Shown one piece after another: positions 1 to 9,627 of a stretch of 41,420 bases of DNA. Made by a program: the position numbers and the translations under genes. The notes beneath the pieces are model-generated. The model was not told the origin of the DNA and ran no database searches. It saw nothing but the letters and a program-made list of their open reading frames with translations. Origin of the DNA: Flavobacteriales bacterium (lineage in GTDB: Bacteria; Bacteroidota; Bacteroidia; Flavobacteriales_D; CAJJDF01); the NCBI GenBank assembly GCA_049609665.1, contig JBMYYT010000002.1, positions 1-41,420 on the forward strand, written 5' to 3'. Within the stretch, counting starts at the first letter, position 1, and each line of letters opens with the position of its first letter.

Positions 1-861
1 AAAGTAGTTAAACTTTTCTCTTTCGGTGGCAAATCGCTCTATAATTAATTCAAAAAGTGCTTGCTTGGCATGTCCATAACCATAACCTCCTGCCAAATAA
101 TTTTTTCTCATTTCAGCTTCTTGTTCCTGACTTGCAAGTAATTTATATAAGGTAAAACAATTACAAGTATCTGGGTCTTTTGGGTCTTCAAGTGGCGTGC
201 TATCCGTTTCGATAGACATAATTTGCTTTCTTAACTTTTTATCTGGCAAGAAAATATTAATAATATTTCCCTTTGATTTACTCATTTTAGTCCCATCAGT
301 TCCTGGAACAAGCATAGTATTTTCTTGAATTTTTGGTTCTGGTAACACCAAGGTTTCGCCCATCAAGTTATTGAATCTGCTTGCCACATCACGAGTCATT
401 TCAATATGTTGTAATTGATCTTTTCCAACAGGGATTATTTCAGAATCGTATAATAAAATATCGGCTGCCATGAGCATTGGATAATCAAACAACCCAGCAT
501 TTACATCCTGTAATCTATCAGCTTTATCCTTGAAAGAATGAGCTAAGGTTAATCGCTGATAAGGAAAAAAACAGTTTAAATACCAAGTCAATTCCGTTAC
601 TTGAGGAATATCACTTTGGCGATAAAAAACAGTTTTATTCACATCCAATCCAAAAGCTAACAAAGCTGATGCAGTATGTAACGTGTTGGTTTTTAATTCC
701 TCTGCATTTTTTATCTGTGTGAGAGTATGCAAGTTTGCAATGAACAAAAACGATTCGTTTTCTTCATTTTTGGAAATCTCAATAGCTGGAATTATTGCTC
801 CCAATAAGTTCCCTAAATGAGGTGTTCCTGTGCTTTGTATTCCTGTAAGTATTCGTGACAT
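1..861 (-). CDS. trpS: Tryptophanyl-tRNA synthetase (3' end outside window)
   Basis: Not in the ORF track because it runs off the edge. Read manually from ATG at 861: MSRILTGIQSTGTPHLGNLLGAI (class I HIGH-type HLGN motif), VPVGKDQLQHIEM-like segment and KMSKS motif near 275-289. Confidence 0.96.
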   Translation of the reverse strand, partial: MSRILTGIQSTGTPHLGNLLGAIIPAIEISKNEENESFLFIANLHTLTQIKNAEELKTNTLHTASALLAFGLDVNKTVFYRQSDIPQVTELTWYLNCFFPYQRLTLAHSFKDKADRLQDVNAGLFDYPMLMAADILLYDSEIIPVGKDQLQHIEMTRDVASRFNNLMGETLVLPEPKIQENTMLVPGTDGTKMSKSKGNIINIFLPDKKLRKQIMSIETDSTPLEDPKDPDTCNCFTLYKLLASQEQEAEMRKNYLAGGYGYGHAKQALFELIIERFATEREKFNYF

Positions 862-914
862 TAGTAAAATTATTTACTTCAAAGTAACTAATTTTTAAAG
901 GATTTGATAAATTA

Positions 915-1244
915 TTATTGAGCTAATTCAATTTCATATTCCTCTCTTATGAAATCTACCAATTTTTCATAAACCTCATTCGCCTCTTTTAAATTATTGG
1001 AATTAACGTATCTCTTTTTGAGATCTTCGTCCATTATCCTTAAGATTCTTGGTAATTTCTTAACCCCAATCGATTCGCAAGTGCCGATTAGTTTATGAGT
1101 CATACTTTTTGAATTGGTATAATCCTGCGATTCAATATATAAGTTAAGTAAGGTGAAATCTCTATCAGCATTATCTAAAAAAATAGCTAATGCTTGCGCA
1201 AAAATTTCTGGTCCCAATTCTTTGGCTATAGTTTTTTTAATCAC
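915..1244 (-). CDS. Stand-alone Hpt (histidine phosphotransfer) domain protein
   Basis: 109 aa, helical, with THKLIGTCESIG matching the Hpt H-x-L-x-G-x4-G phospho-His signature; overlaps the upstream receiver gene. Confidence 0.75.
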   Translation of the reverse strand: MIKKTIAKELGPEIFAQALAIFLDNADRDFTLLNLYIESQDYTNSKSMTHKLIGTCESIGVKKLPRILRIMDEDLKKRYVNSNNLKEANEVYEKLVDFIREEYEIELAQ

Positions 1245-1593
1245 TGGTTATGAGTTCAATAATTTCTTTAGTAAGCGGTTTTTTTAACACTTTATAGAGT
1301 TCATGTTTTTCTTTAAAATCATGATCAACCGCCTGTTCTACAAATAAAAATATTTTTTTTATTTGTTCCTCATCGGATAATTGAGAGTGGTTTTTTAAAA
1401 AATCAATTCCATTCATTACTGGCATATTCATATCCAGTAGTGCAATATCTATGTTGTTCCCTTCACTTAAATAATCCATAGCCTCCTTTCCATTGGCAAA
1501 GGTGAACACCTCGCAATGGTCTATCTCTCTCATTAACTTATTTTTGTTAATGAAATTAGTAGTAAAATCGTCATCTATCAGTGCTATTCTCAT
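1237..1593 (-). CDS. Single-domain response regulator (CheY-like receiver)
   Basis: IALIDDD acidic pocket, LLDMNMPVMNG phospho-Asp motif, C-terminal KPL. Confidence 0.88.
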   Translation of the reverse strand: MRIALIDDDFTTNFINKNKLMREIDHCEVFTFANGKEAMDYLSEGNNIDIALLDMNMPVMNGIDFLKNHSQLSDEEQIKKIFLFVEQAVDHDFKEKHELYKVLKKPLTKEIIELITSD

Positions 1594-2312
1594 TGATTGT
1601 TTTTGTTCTGCTCATCAAAAATTTGTTTGACTTCTTTCTTATATTTTCTTGATAATGGAATTGCACTATTCCTTACAAAAATCTCTTGAGAAGTCATTTT
1701 AGTTACCTTCTTAATGTTTACCAGATATGACCTGTGTACGCGAACGAAGACATTTGGTTTCAAAGTTTCTTCAACTTGTTTCAAAATCCCTGTTGTTGTT
1801 ATCTTACCATCAGTAGTACAATAAGTAATGTAACTACTCGAACCGATAATATAACCAATGTCTCGGTAAGGAATTTTTCTTGTTTCTCTATTTTTCTTTA
1901 TGAGTACAAATTCATCTTCATTTTCAAATTCAGCAGTTTGATTTTCACTGAAGAATCTTCTTTTTGCTTTGTCAACCGCCTCATTTAATCTTGATAAATC
2001 AACAGGTTTTACTATATAGTCAACTGCATCAAATTCAAAAGCTTTTATGGCATGTTTAGTTTGAGAAGTAATGAAAATAACATCCGGTCTCACCTCTAAT
2101 TTCGCTAACATATCAACCCCATTTTCATAAGGCATTTCAATGTCCAACAGCATAAGTTCAACCTCATTCTCCTCAATAGTTTGTCTTGCCTCAACGGCAT
2201 TTGAACAAGCTTTTAATAACTTCAAAGATTCATTCTTTTTGACCAAATTTGTAAGAATAAATCTGGACGTTTCATCATCATCAACAATAATACAGGATAT
2301 GGGACGCGACAT
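1590..2312 (-). CDS. LytTR-family response regulator
   Basis: Receiver domain (IIVDDD, LLDIEMP, AVDYIVKP) plus LytTR signature FVRVHRSYLVN. Confidence 0.93.
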   Translation of the reverse strand: MSRPISCIIVDDDETSRFILTNLVKKNESLKLLKACSNAVEARQTIEENEVELMLLDIEMPYENGVDMLAKLEVRPDVIFITSQTKHAIKAFEFDAVDYIVKPVDLSRLNEAVDKAKRRFFSENQTAEFENEDEFVLIKKNRETRKIPYRDIGYIIGSSSYITYCTTDGKITTTGILKQVEETLKPNVFVRVHRSYLVNIKKVTKMTSQEIFVRNSAIPLSRKYKKEVKQIFDEQNKNNQ

Positions 2313-2352
2313 TTAAATAGTTTTTGTATAAATTATTAAGCCTTAAATTTAA

Positions 2353-3804
2353 TTAAAATCTTGGGTTTTTGAACAAAATTAACTCAACTGTAACAGATTT
2401 TTTTTCAGATAAAATTGTCCAATCTGTAAACAGTTTATCTAATTCTGAATTTGTGAAGTCATTTACTACATTTGAATATAAAATATACTCTTGTTTATTT
2501 AAATCTGCCTCAGGAAAACACCAAGTTTCTTTCGATAAATCTAAGAATTTTTGTGGATAAGCTCCAGGAAAATCATAACCAACACTTTCTTTTTTAATTC
2601 CTTGTTCTTCAATGAAATCAATCATTTCTTTTCTCAATTTGTAATAGGGCAAATGAGCTAAAGTCGAATCCCACCCTTGCGCAACATCTCTGGGATAAAC
2701 CCAAAAACTTCCAGATATAAGACCTATCAACATAAATGAAACTAATATTTTTTTTACAATTGTCATTTCTATTGATTCCAATACTAAATATGAAACAAAA
2801 AGTGAAAAGGAAAAATAAATTGGCATGAAATAACGGTGTCCTTTTAAATCAAAATAAATAATTGCTGGGATGGAAAGAAAAATCAAAATCAATCCGAATA
2901 GAACTCCCAACTTTTTCGATTGTTTGGAGAACTTTATACGACCCATTTTCATATAAATCAATACTACCAGTGCAATAAGCCACACGAATACTCTGCCAAA
3001 ATCCAATAAACGCCATCCAAAAATTGCTGCGTTTTTTATCATTCCTTGAAAACCTACTTTCTGGAAAAATACTGCCCAGGGCGAGTTTTCGTGATATCCA
3101 ATCCATCCTTTTTGTTCAAAATGAAACCAACTAAAACCAATAAAAATTATTGCTGCTGGAATATAGGGTACTCCTGTTTTAAAAATCGAGATGAAAGAGT
3201 TCTTTAAGTTTTTTAAGTCAATATTTCCATTAAGATATAAATCAAAAAGAAACAACGGCACTGTTAAAATCATACCTCTTAAACTGATTAGAAACAAAAA
3301 GGAAAAGGCTATTGCTATCGCTATTTTGTTCTTTTTCAGGATAGAATTTAACCCAAAAAGGAAAAAGAAAAGCAGAGGTATATCTGGTGAAACTAAACTT
3401 ACTTGACTTAGGAAAGTAGTATCTAAAACAACTATTAACATTGCCCAGATTATATTTTTCTTTTTAAAAAATCGCTTGATTAAAGAATATAATTGCCAAG
3501 CGATTCCTATTGCAAATGGCAGTATATAAAGATGACTTACCAATAATGTTTTGCCAAAGATTTTCCATAAAACTGCTAAAACATATCCAAATGCAGGAAT
3601 ATGACCGCTATCAATTTCATTGGGAAGAAATTTTAATGCTAATTCATTATCGTAATAAAAAGTAGCGTGCTTTGACCCTAACTGAACTGTGTCCCAAAAA
3701 AATATATGGTCTTTTGAAAATAAGATTAGAACAGTTAACCCTAATGAAGTCAACATAAATTCCCAATTAGAAACAAAAAAATTATTTATTCTATTTTCTT
3801 TCAA
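2353..3804 (-). CDS. Polytopic membrane protein, GT-C fold glycosyltransferase-like (ArnT/PMT-like)
   Basis: About 11-12 hydrophobic segments; first loop FFWD...DSGHIP; SPD and RYFMP motifs typical of lipid-phosphate-sugar-dependent transferases; soluble C-terminal tail. Confidence 0.6.
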   Translation of the reverse strand: MKENRINNFFVSNWEFMLTSLGLTVLILFSKDHIFFWDTVQLGSKHATFYYDNELALKFLPNEIDSGHIPAFGYVLAVLWKIFGKTLLVSHLYILPFAIGIAWQLYSLIKRFFKKKNIIWAMLIVVLDTTFLSQVSLVSPDIPLLFFFLFGLNSILKKNKIAIAIAFSFLFLISLRGMILTVPLFLFDLYLNGNIDLKNLKNSFISIFKTGVPYIPAAIIFIGFSWFHFEQKGWIGYHENSPWAVFFQKVGFQGMIKNAAIFGWRLLDFGRVFVWLIALVVLIYMKMGRIKFSKQSKKLGVLFGLILIFLSIPAIIYFDLKGHRYFMPIYFSFSLFVSYLVLESIEMTIVKKILVSFMLIGLISGSFWVYPRDVAQGWDSTLAHLPYYKLRKEMIDFIEEQGIKKESVGYDFPGAYPQKFLDLSKETWCFPEADLNKQEYILYSNVVNDFTNSELDKLFTDWTILSEKKSVTVELILFKNPRF

Positions 3805-5596
3805 ATGCTTTGATAATTATTCTTTCGATTTCGAAATTGATCTTGTTCTTATTCCAAATATAAACTTTAATTCTATCTTCTAAGTTCCTCATATTGGGAG
3901 TTAGATAATCCAAATTAAATTCTTGAGTAGAGAAGAAAACATTATTAACCTGTAATTGCCTTGCATAATATCCATATTCTCCCTCTTCTCGTTGAATGGA
4001 AGTTACCAAAATTGGATAAGAAGTTGAATCTGACGCTAATCCTTTGTAAAAGACTCGAACTGTAATCCACAAATGATCTTTTTGCGAAATTTCATTAAAA
4101 GGAACTTCAAAAGTCTTGGAATAATCAATTTCAGGTGTGAATTGAAAACCTCCTTCTTCATTTTGGTCAAAATTATAAATAGTTTCGTGAACCAAATTAT
4201 AATTTTCTTGATCTACGAATTCATGCTCCCCGTCAAAATCTCTGTATATTTCAAGTTTACTTCTATCCTCATCGGTTACTGATGTTTTTAGAAAAGATGC
4301 CCAATAATATTCTTTGGTTGTTCTATAAGGTTCAAGAATTCCATTTCGGAGTTGCCACCACTGGAATTGATTTAAAAACAAACATAGCACTGCAAAAGAG
4401 CCAATAGAAATCTTCAATAATTTTGAACTCTTTTTTATTTCCATAAAAAAGAAACCTAATCCTAAAGCTAATATTGGATAAACTGTTATTAATGGTCTAT
4501 TTGAAAAACCTGCTCCGTACCACCACTCTGTCCAACTAATAATAATGTAAAAAGAAATTAAAAAATAGATTAAGAATGAAAATCGTGCTTCTTTAAATTT
4601 TTTGAGCATAAAAAAGAATCCGACTAAACTTAATATCATTAATGGAGTGTAAACCAACCAACCTTTTTTGTAACTAAAGAGGGATTCCAACAAATAGGGT
4701 GAGGTAAAGTCAAGTCCTACTCCAGGATTTTTGTAACTGTCATAAAAAAGATGTCCTGTTCTTATCCACCAATAACTCATTTGCGGGGAAGCTATAATGA
4801 GACAAACAAATATGGAAATTAAAAATTGAGTCCGATATTTAATGATTAATCTTAGTTTTTCAACAAAGGTGTCCCATGAATAAACTCCCCAAAACAGAGG
4901 GATGAAGACAACCATAATTTCGCTTGGCTTAACCATGGACATTAACGTAATGAATGATCCTATAACGATTAAGTTTTTTAATTTGTGAGATTCGTGCCAT
5001 CTAATTGTATTCCAGATTATTAAAGCAACAAACATGAAAAGCACATTGACAGTTTCTAAATTCTTAAGAGTTAAGTGGTGGGAGTAATTTGTTGCAAAAA
5101 CAATTAATATAATAACGATTGCTGAAGCTTTTTCAGGAATAAAACGGAGCAAAATTTTTCTTAAATAAACCAGCCCAATGATGGTATAAAAAATAGCACC
5201 TAAAACCATAGCATATTGATAGGGTAGACTAAATCCATCGGGTGGATAATCAAATAAATAGGCTCCTCCATGACCAATAAGAAAGAAAGGTAAGTAAAGA
5301 ATTGCCATGCCGAGTAAAAAGAAATAAATCGGCTCTCCTTCATCGTTCGAAGAGATTTGATACAAGGTACCTGTAAGATCCTTTTCTTTATTAATTTTCT
5401 CAATCCAGTCCCGATTTTCCATCAAGGGATCTTCATAAATAAAAGTAGCTGGTAAAGGAAGATAGTACCCCAAAACATCCCAAGAAGTTTCTTTATCAGA
5501 AACATTGGTCATTCGAAAAATTACGATAAACAATATTGCAAAGACAAGTGCTAACTTGGAAGGAGAAGAAGATGAAAAGAAGGATAGAAATTTCAT
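3791..5596 (-). CDS. Polytopic membrane protein, GT-C fold glycosyltransferase-like
   Basis: Multiple TM segments; SWDVLGYY in first loop; KGWLVYTP and WWYGAGFSNR motifs; soluble C-terminal domain; 14-bp overlap with the downstream gene. Confidence 0.6.
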   Translation of the reverse strand: MKFLSFFSSSSPSKLALVFAILFIVIFRMTNVSDKETSWDVLGYYLPLPATFIYEDPLMENRDWIEKINKEKDLTGTLYQISSNDEGEPIYFFLLGMAILYLPFFLIGHGGAYLFDYPPDGFSLPYQYAMVLGAIFYTIIGLVYLRKILLRFIPEKASAIVIILIVFATNYSHHLTLKNLETVNVLFMFVALIIWNTIRWHESHKLKNLIVIGSFITLMSMVKPSEIMVVFIPLFWGVYSWDTFVEKLRLIIKYRTQFLISIFVCLIIASPQMSYWWIRTGHLFYDSYKNPGVGLDFTSPYLLESLFSYKKGWLVYTPLMILSLVGFFFMLKKFKEARFSFLIYFLISFYIIISWTEWWYGAGFSNRPLITVYPILALGLGFFFMEIKKSSKLLKISIGSFAVLCLFLNQFQWWQLRNGILEPYRTTKEYYWASFLKTSVTDEDRSKLEIYRDFDGEHEFVDQENYNLVHETIYNFDQNEEGGFQFTPEIDYSKTFEVPFNEISQKDHLWITVRVFYKGLASDSTSYPILVTSIQREEGEYGYYARQLQVNNVFFSTQEFNLDYLTPNMRNLEDRIKVYIWNKNKINFEIERIIIKAFERK

Positions 5597-5646
5597 GACC
5601 CAAATAATTCATTGCTAACTTACAAGAATTTATTTGTTCTCAAGGA

Positions 5647-7986
5647 TTAATTCATAAAAAGTATTTTAGTCACTTGTTTGGAAGTACCTTCTGGCGAAGC
5701 CATAAAAACTAAATAAATTCCAGAACTAGCTCTTGTTCCATCCAATTTATTACCATCCCAAATGGCTTGACCACCAATGGAAACCGTATTAAAAACTACG
5801 TTGCCTGACACATCAGTAATTCTCACATCAGAATCAGCAACTAATCCTTTAATTGCAATTTTACCCGCATATCCAGGTTTTACTGGATTTGGGTAAGCAT
5901 ACACATCTACAAAAGCATCTTGAGGTGCTGTGGCTTCTCCTTTATAAGAAATAAGTCCTTTGTCAGTTGAAATAAAAACTTCTCCTGTTCTGTGGTCAAT
6001 TGCAATATCATTTATTTTATTGGAAAGCAAAGGGCTATTGTCTTCGTTAAATCTCAATTCCTGGGAAGTACCATCTGGTGCAAGTACAAATATTCCTGAT
6101 CCTTCTGTTCCTATCCATTTACGATTTCCACCATCAATTGCAATTGCGGTAACATTCTCATTTTCCAGCAATAACTCTACATTTCCTCCAAAAGTAACCT
6201 TGATTTTTTGAACTTGAGCAGAAGAACTAAAAACCTCTGAAGGATTGAACAACACGTAAATTCCTTCATTGGTACCAATCCAAATTTCCCCATCTCTATC
6301 CTCTGCCATTGAAACAGGAATTGCATCGAGTCCACCATTTGCAACTCCATTTGACAATACTCTATATGAATCATCAGTGGTATCCGAAATAGTTCCATTA
6401 TCATTATAGACAACAATTTTGTTGTCTTTGTAAATCATCCATTTGAATCCATTCTCTTCATCAATCATAATGCTTGCAATCAAAAAATTTTGATTTGCTG
6501 GACCACATGAAAAAGATTTCCAACTTCCGGAAGCAGTTTTTACAATTAGTGGTTTTTCTACCCAAGAATTTACTATCCACAAATTTCCATCTTCATCAAA
6601 GGTTCCGTCTTTTACAGCAAATCTATCATTGTGAGAGTTACTAATTTTTATTGGAGAGTTACTTGAATCAAAGGCTGCAATCACTTTGTTTTTACTAAGT
6701 TGAGCTACCCCTTTGGCAGAAAAAGAAAAGACATATCCCACCTCAGCATTTTTTGGATCTACCGCCATCCCTACAAAATCATTCATACACCCATTCGAAA
6801 AACAAAAATCTCCCGATTGCGCACCATTATTATAAATCGTCCAACTATTTTCATCAATATTATAATGAAATGCTCCATCGTTATTATAGGTTTTATTCCA
6901 ACCTCCCCCTACTAATGATCCAGTAGAGCCCCATAATTGTCCATCTTCTACTTCAATATCAAGGACATTATTACTATATAAAAAATTGGGTTGATCCCAT
7001 ACGGCATCAAAGTTTGTTTTCATCTTTACAATTGCATTCCCATCATCTCCAATATAGTAATTGCTTCCGTCATAAATTGCACAATGACTTCTTGGTTTCC
7101 AATAACCACTGTAGTCCGATAGTGTTTCGATAAGCGCAAAATTTGTATCACATACATACAATGTGTCAAACTGGCTTACCACTAACCTAGAGTTTCCAGC
7201 AAATATTGACCTGTTTGCCTTTGAGGGTATGGAAGTAATTCGAGTCCAATTTGTTCCATTTTTAACAAATAAAGAGTCTGAACTTGAAGAATTTGAAGAG
7301 CTAAAAATTACTTTTGAGTTTAATACCGATATATCTTTAATCTCGCTATTTGGATTAGGAATTGAAGTAGATTTTGTCCAAGAGTTAAAATCTGTAAGGA
7401 AAGTACTTGATTCATTCGCTGTGAACAATCCGTTTTCAGCTCCAGCGTAAATTACTCCATCTGAAACAAAAGTAACATTAATCCTTAATTGAGACCCCCC
7501 TGGGCCGATGATGTAGGTGTCTTTTACTTCTTTTTTTGTCAAATCAAAAACCACAATTCCAAATCCACATGAGAGATAAGCAAGATTGTCTTTACAAAAA
7601 ATATCATATATTTTTTTGTCTCCAATTATTGAGCTTTCCTTAATTTGAAATAAGTTGGTAGTAACATTTTCTTTGATTAAATCTACATTCCCATTATCAT
7701 ATCCAACTACCAGAAATTTTGTGTTTGGGCTATATTCTATTGAGGATAGTCCATTATCAGACAATGCGTTAACCTTTGTCAACCTTTCAACCGAATTATC
7801 ACCGTAATCTTTTATGATCACTGCATTTCTTGTAGCTCCGTAAACTATATTGCCATTTTTAGCAATATCAATTACACTTTTATAGGGAAAGTAACTTTTC
7901 CATTGACCTATTGCTGTTCCTTGGCTTAAGGAAGAACTTATTGTTGAAAAAACGAATAGAAATAAAAGAAATTTCTTTGTTGTCAT
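5647..7986 (-). CDS. porZ: T9SS component PorZ (beta-propeller protein with T9SS CTD)
   Basis: Signal peptide, GQWKSYFPY N-terminus, propeller repeats (IWIGT, IAIDGGNRKWIGT, NSPLLSN, GEVFISTDKGL) and CTD VYAYPNPV...WDG...SGIYLV...KIL; 779 aa. Confidence 0.88.
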   Translation of the reverse strand: MTTKKFLLFLFVFSTISSSLSQGTAIGQWKSYFPYKSVIDIAKNGNIVYGATRNAVIIKDYGDNSVERLTKVNALSDNGLSSIEYSPNTKFLVVGYDNGNVDLIKENVTTNLFQIKESSIIGDKKIYDIFCKDNLAYLSCGFGIVVFDLTKKEVKDTYIIGPGGSQLRINVTFVSDGVIYAGAENGLFTANESSTFLTDFNSWTKSTSIPNPNSEIKDISVLNSKVIFSSSNSSSSDSLFVKNGTNWTRITSIPSKANRSIFAGNSRLVVSQFDTLYVCDTNFALIETLSDYSGYWKPRSHCAIYDGSNYYIGDDGNAIVKMKTNFDAVWDQPNFLYSNNVLDIEVEDGQLWGSTGSLVGGGWNKTYNNDGAFHYNIDENSWTIYNNGAQSGDFCFSNGCMNDFVGMAVDPKNAEVGYVFSFSAKGVAQLSKNKVIAAFDSSNSPIKISNSHNDRFAVKDGTFDEDGNLWIVNSWVEKPLIVKTASGSWKSFSCGPANQNFLIASIMIDEENGFKWMIYKDNKIVVYNDNGTISDTTDDSYRVLSNGVANGGLDAIPVSMAEDRDGEIWIGTNEGIYVLFNPSEVFSSSAQVQKIKVTFGGNVELLLENENVTAIAIDGGNRKWIGTEGSGIFVLAPDGTSQELRFNEDNSPLLSNKINDIAIDHRTGEVFISTDKGLISYKGEATAPQDAFVDVYAYPNPVKPGYAGKIAIKGLVADSDVRITDVSGNVVFNTVSIGGQAIWDGNKLDGTRASSGIYLVFMASPEGTSKQVTKILFMN

Positions 7987-8027
7987 TGATTTTTAGTTTG
8001 ACCAAGAAAACGAACAAAATCCGTAAT

Positions 8028-9221
8028 CTATTGTTCATTTAACATGTTTATTGTAATCCAACTCATTAATCCCATCCCTATTTCAAGAGAGTCCTCATCT
8101 ACATTAAAAGTTGAAGTGTGTAATCCCGTGCTTTTGCCTGTTCCTAATCTGTAAAAACAACCAGGTATATTTTGCGTATAATATGAAAAATCTTCGGCTG
8201 TCATTCTTAGGTCTAAGTCAATCACATTTTCCTTTCCCAAATAATCAATAGAGAGATTTTTTGCTTGCTCAGTTGTTGATTCATCATTTTTCAAAAAAGG
8301 ATATCCTTTTCTTACTTCAAATTCACAAGTTCCTCCCATGCTTTTAGCAATGTTTTCGGCCATATCAACCATAAGATTGTGAGCTTCTGCTCTCCATTCC
8401 TCGTTCATGGTTCTAAAAGTACCTTCAATATTTATCTCATCTGGAATAATATTAGTTGCTCCTCCCACAGAGTTTATTTTACCAAAAGAAAGCACTGAAG
8501 GAATGTCTGGCTTTGCTTTTCTACTCACAATTTGTTGTAAAGAAGTTATAATTTGAGAGGCCATTAAAACCGTATCCACACATTTATGAGGAAGTGCAGC
8601 GTGACCTCCTTTTCCTCTAACTTTCAGGTATAATTCATCAGCGGATGCCATATACATTCCCCCTCTAAACCCTACTTTACCGCATGGAAGATCAGGAAAA
8701 ACATGTTGTCCAAAAATAACTTCTGGAGATGGATTTTTCAAAACTCCTTCTTCAATCATCAAAGAAGCTCCCCCTGGCAATTTCTCTTCTCCTGGTTGGA
8801 AAATTAATTTAACCGTTCCTTCAAATTCATCTTTACTTTCATTCAATATTTTTGCAACTCCAAGCAATGAAGAAGAATGAACATCATGTCCACATGCATG
8901 CATTACTCCTTCATTTTTAGACTTGTACTCAACTTCGTTTTCTTCCAATATTGGAAGAGCGTCCATGTCTGCTCGTAATGCAATGATTTTCTTATCAGGA
9001 TTTTTGCCTTTGACAAAAGCTACTATTCCAGTTTTTACAAAACCACTTTTAAACTCTATTCCGAATTCTGTTAATTTACTTTGAATAAACTCAGAGGTAT
9101 TGAATTCTTTAAAAGATAATTCAGGATTCTGATGAATGTGCCTTCTTATTGAGATAATTTCTGGCAAATTATCAGATGCTAATTTTTTTATATATTGAAT
9201 TAAGTCAGATTTCATAATCAT
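8028..9221 (-). CDS. M20D family amidohydrolase (N-acyl-L-amino acid amidohydrolase-like)
   Basis: RRHIHQNPELSF, ALRADMDALP, MHACGHD, FQPGEE, GKGGHAA, AEDF motifs. Confidence 0.93.
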   Translation of the reverse strand: MIMKSDLIQYIKKLASDNLPEIISIRRHIHQNPELSFKEFNTSEFIQSKLTEFGIEFKSGFVKTGIVAFVKGKNPDKKIIALRADMDALPILEENEVEYKSKNEGVMHACGHDVHSSSLLGVAKILNESKDEFEGTVKLIFQPGEEKLPGGASLMIEEGVLKNPSPEVIFGQHVFPDLPCGKVGFRGGMYMASADELYLKVRGKGGHAALPHKCVDTVLMASQIITSLQQIVSRKAKPDIPSVLSFGKINSVGGATNIIPDEINIEGTFRTMNEEWRAEAHNLMVDMAENIAKSMGGTCEFEVRKGYPFLKNDESTTEQAKNLSIDYLGKENVIDLDLRMTAEDFSYYTQNIPGCFYRLGTGKSTGLHTSTFNVDEDSLEIGMGLMSWITINMLNEQ

Positions 9222-9613
9222 TTACCTCCATAAAGTTTAAATCCGCTGTAAATCAATTTAAATGCTATTAATAACATAATAATTCCAAATATTATTTTAA
9301 CCAGATTTTCATCCACTTTATGAGCTAATTTTGCTCCAAAAAAACCTCCTACAATAAATGTAGCAGCAACAATTCCTGCAACTTTTAAGTCCACATTACC
9401 TTCTTTATAATAATGCATAAATGCCAATATTCCAATTGGAGGTAACATCAACGCCAAACTGGTTCCCTGCGCTTGCAATTGTGTTAATCCAATTAAATAG
9501 ATTAAACCGGGAACAATAATAATTCCTCCACCAATTCCAATGAATCCTGATAAAATTCCAGCGGTTATTCCAATTAGAATTAAATAAATAATAGTTTGAA
9601 AATCGAGTATCAT
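9218..9613 (-). CDS. TauE/SafE (TSUP) family membrane protein, short form
   Basis: GILSGFIGIGGGIIIVP and AQGTSL motifs; about 4 TM segments. Confidence 0.85.
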   Translation of the reverse strand: MILDFQTIIYLILIGITAGILSGFIGIGGGIIIVPGLIYLIGLTQLQAQGTSLALMLPPIGILAFMHYYKEGNVDLKVAGIVAATFIVGGFFGAKLAHKVDENLVKIIFGIIMLLIAFKLIYSGFKLYGGK

Positions 9614-9627
9614 GAGTTTGTTTTTTC

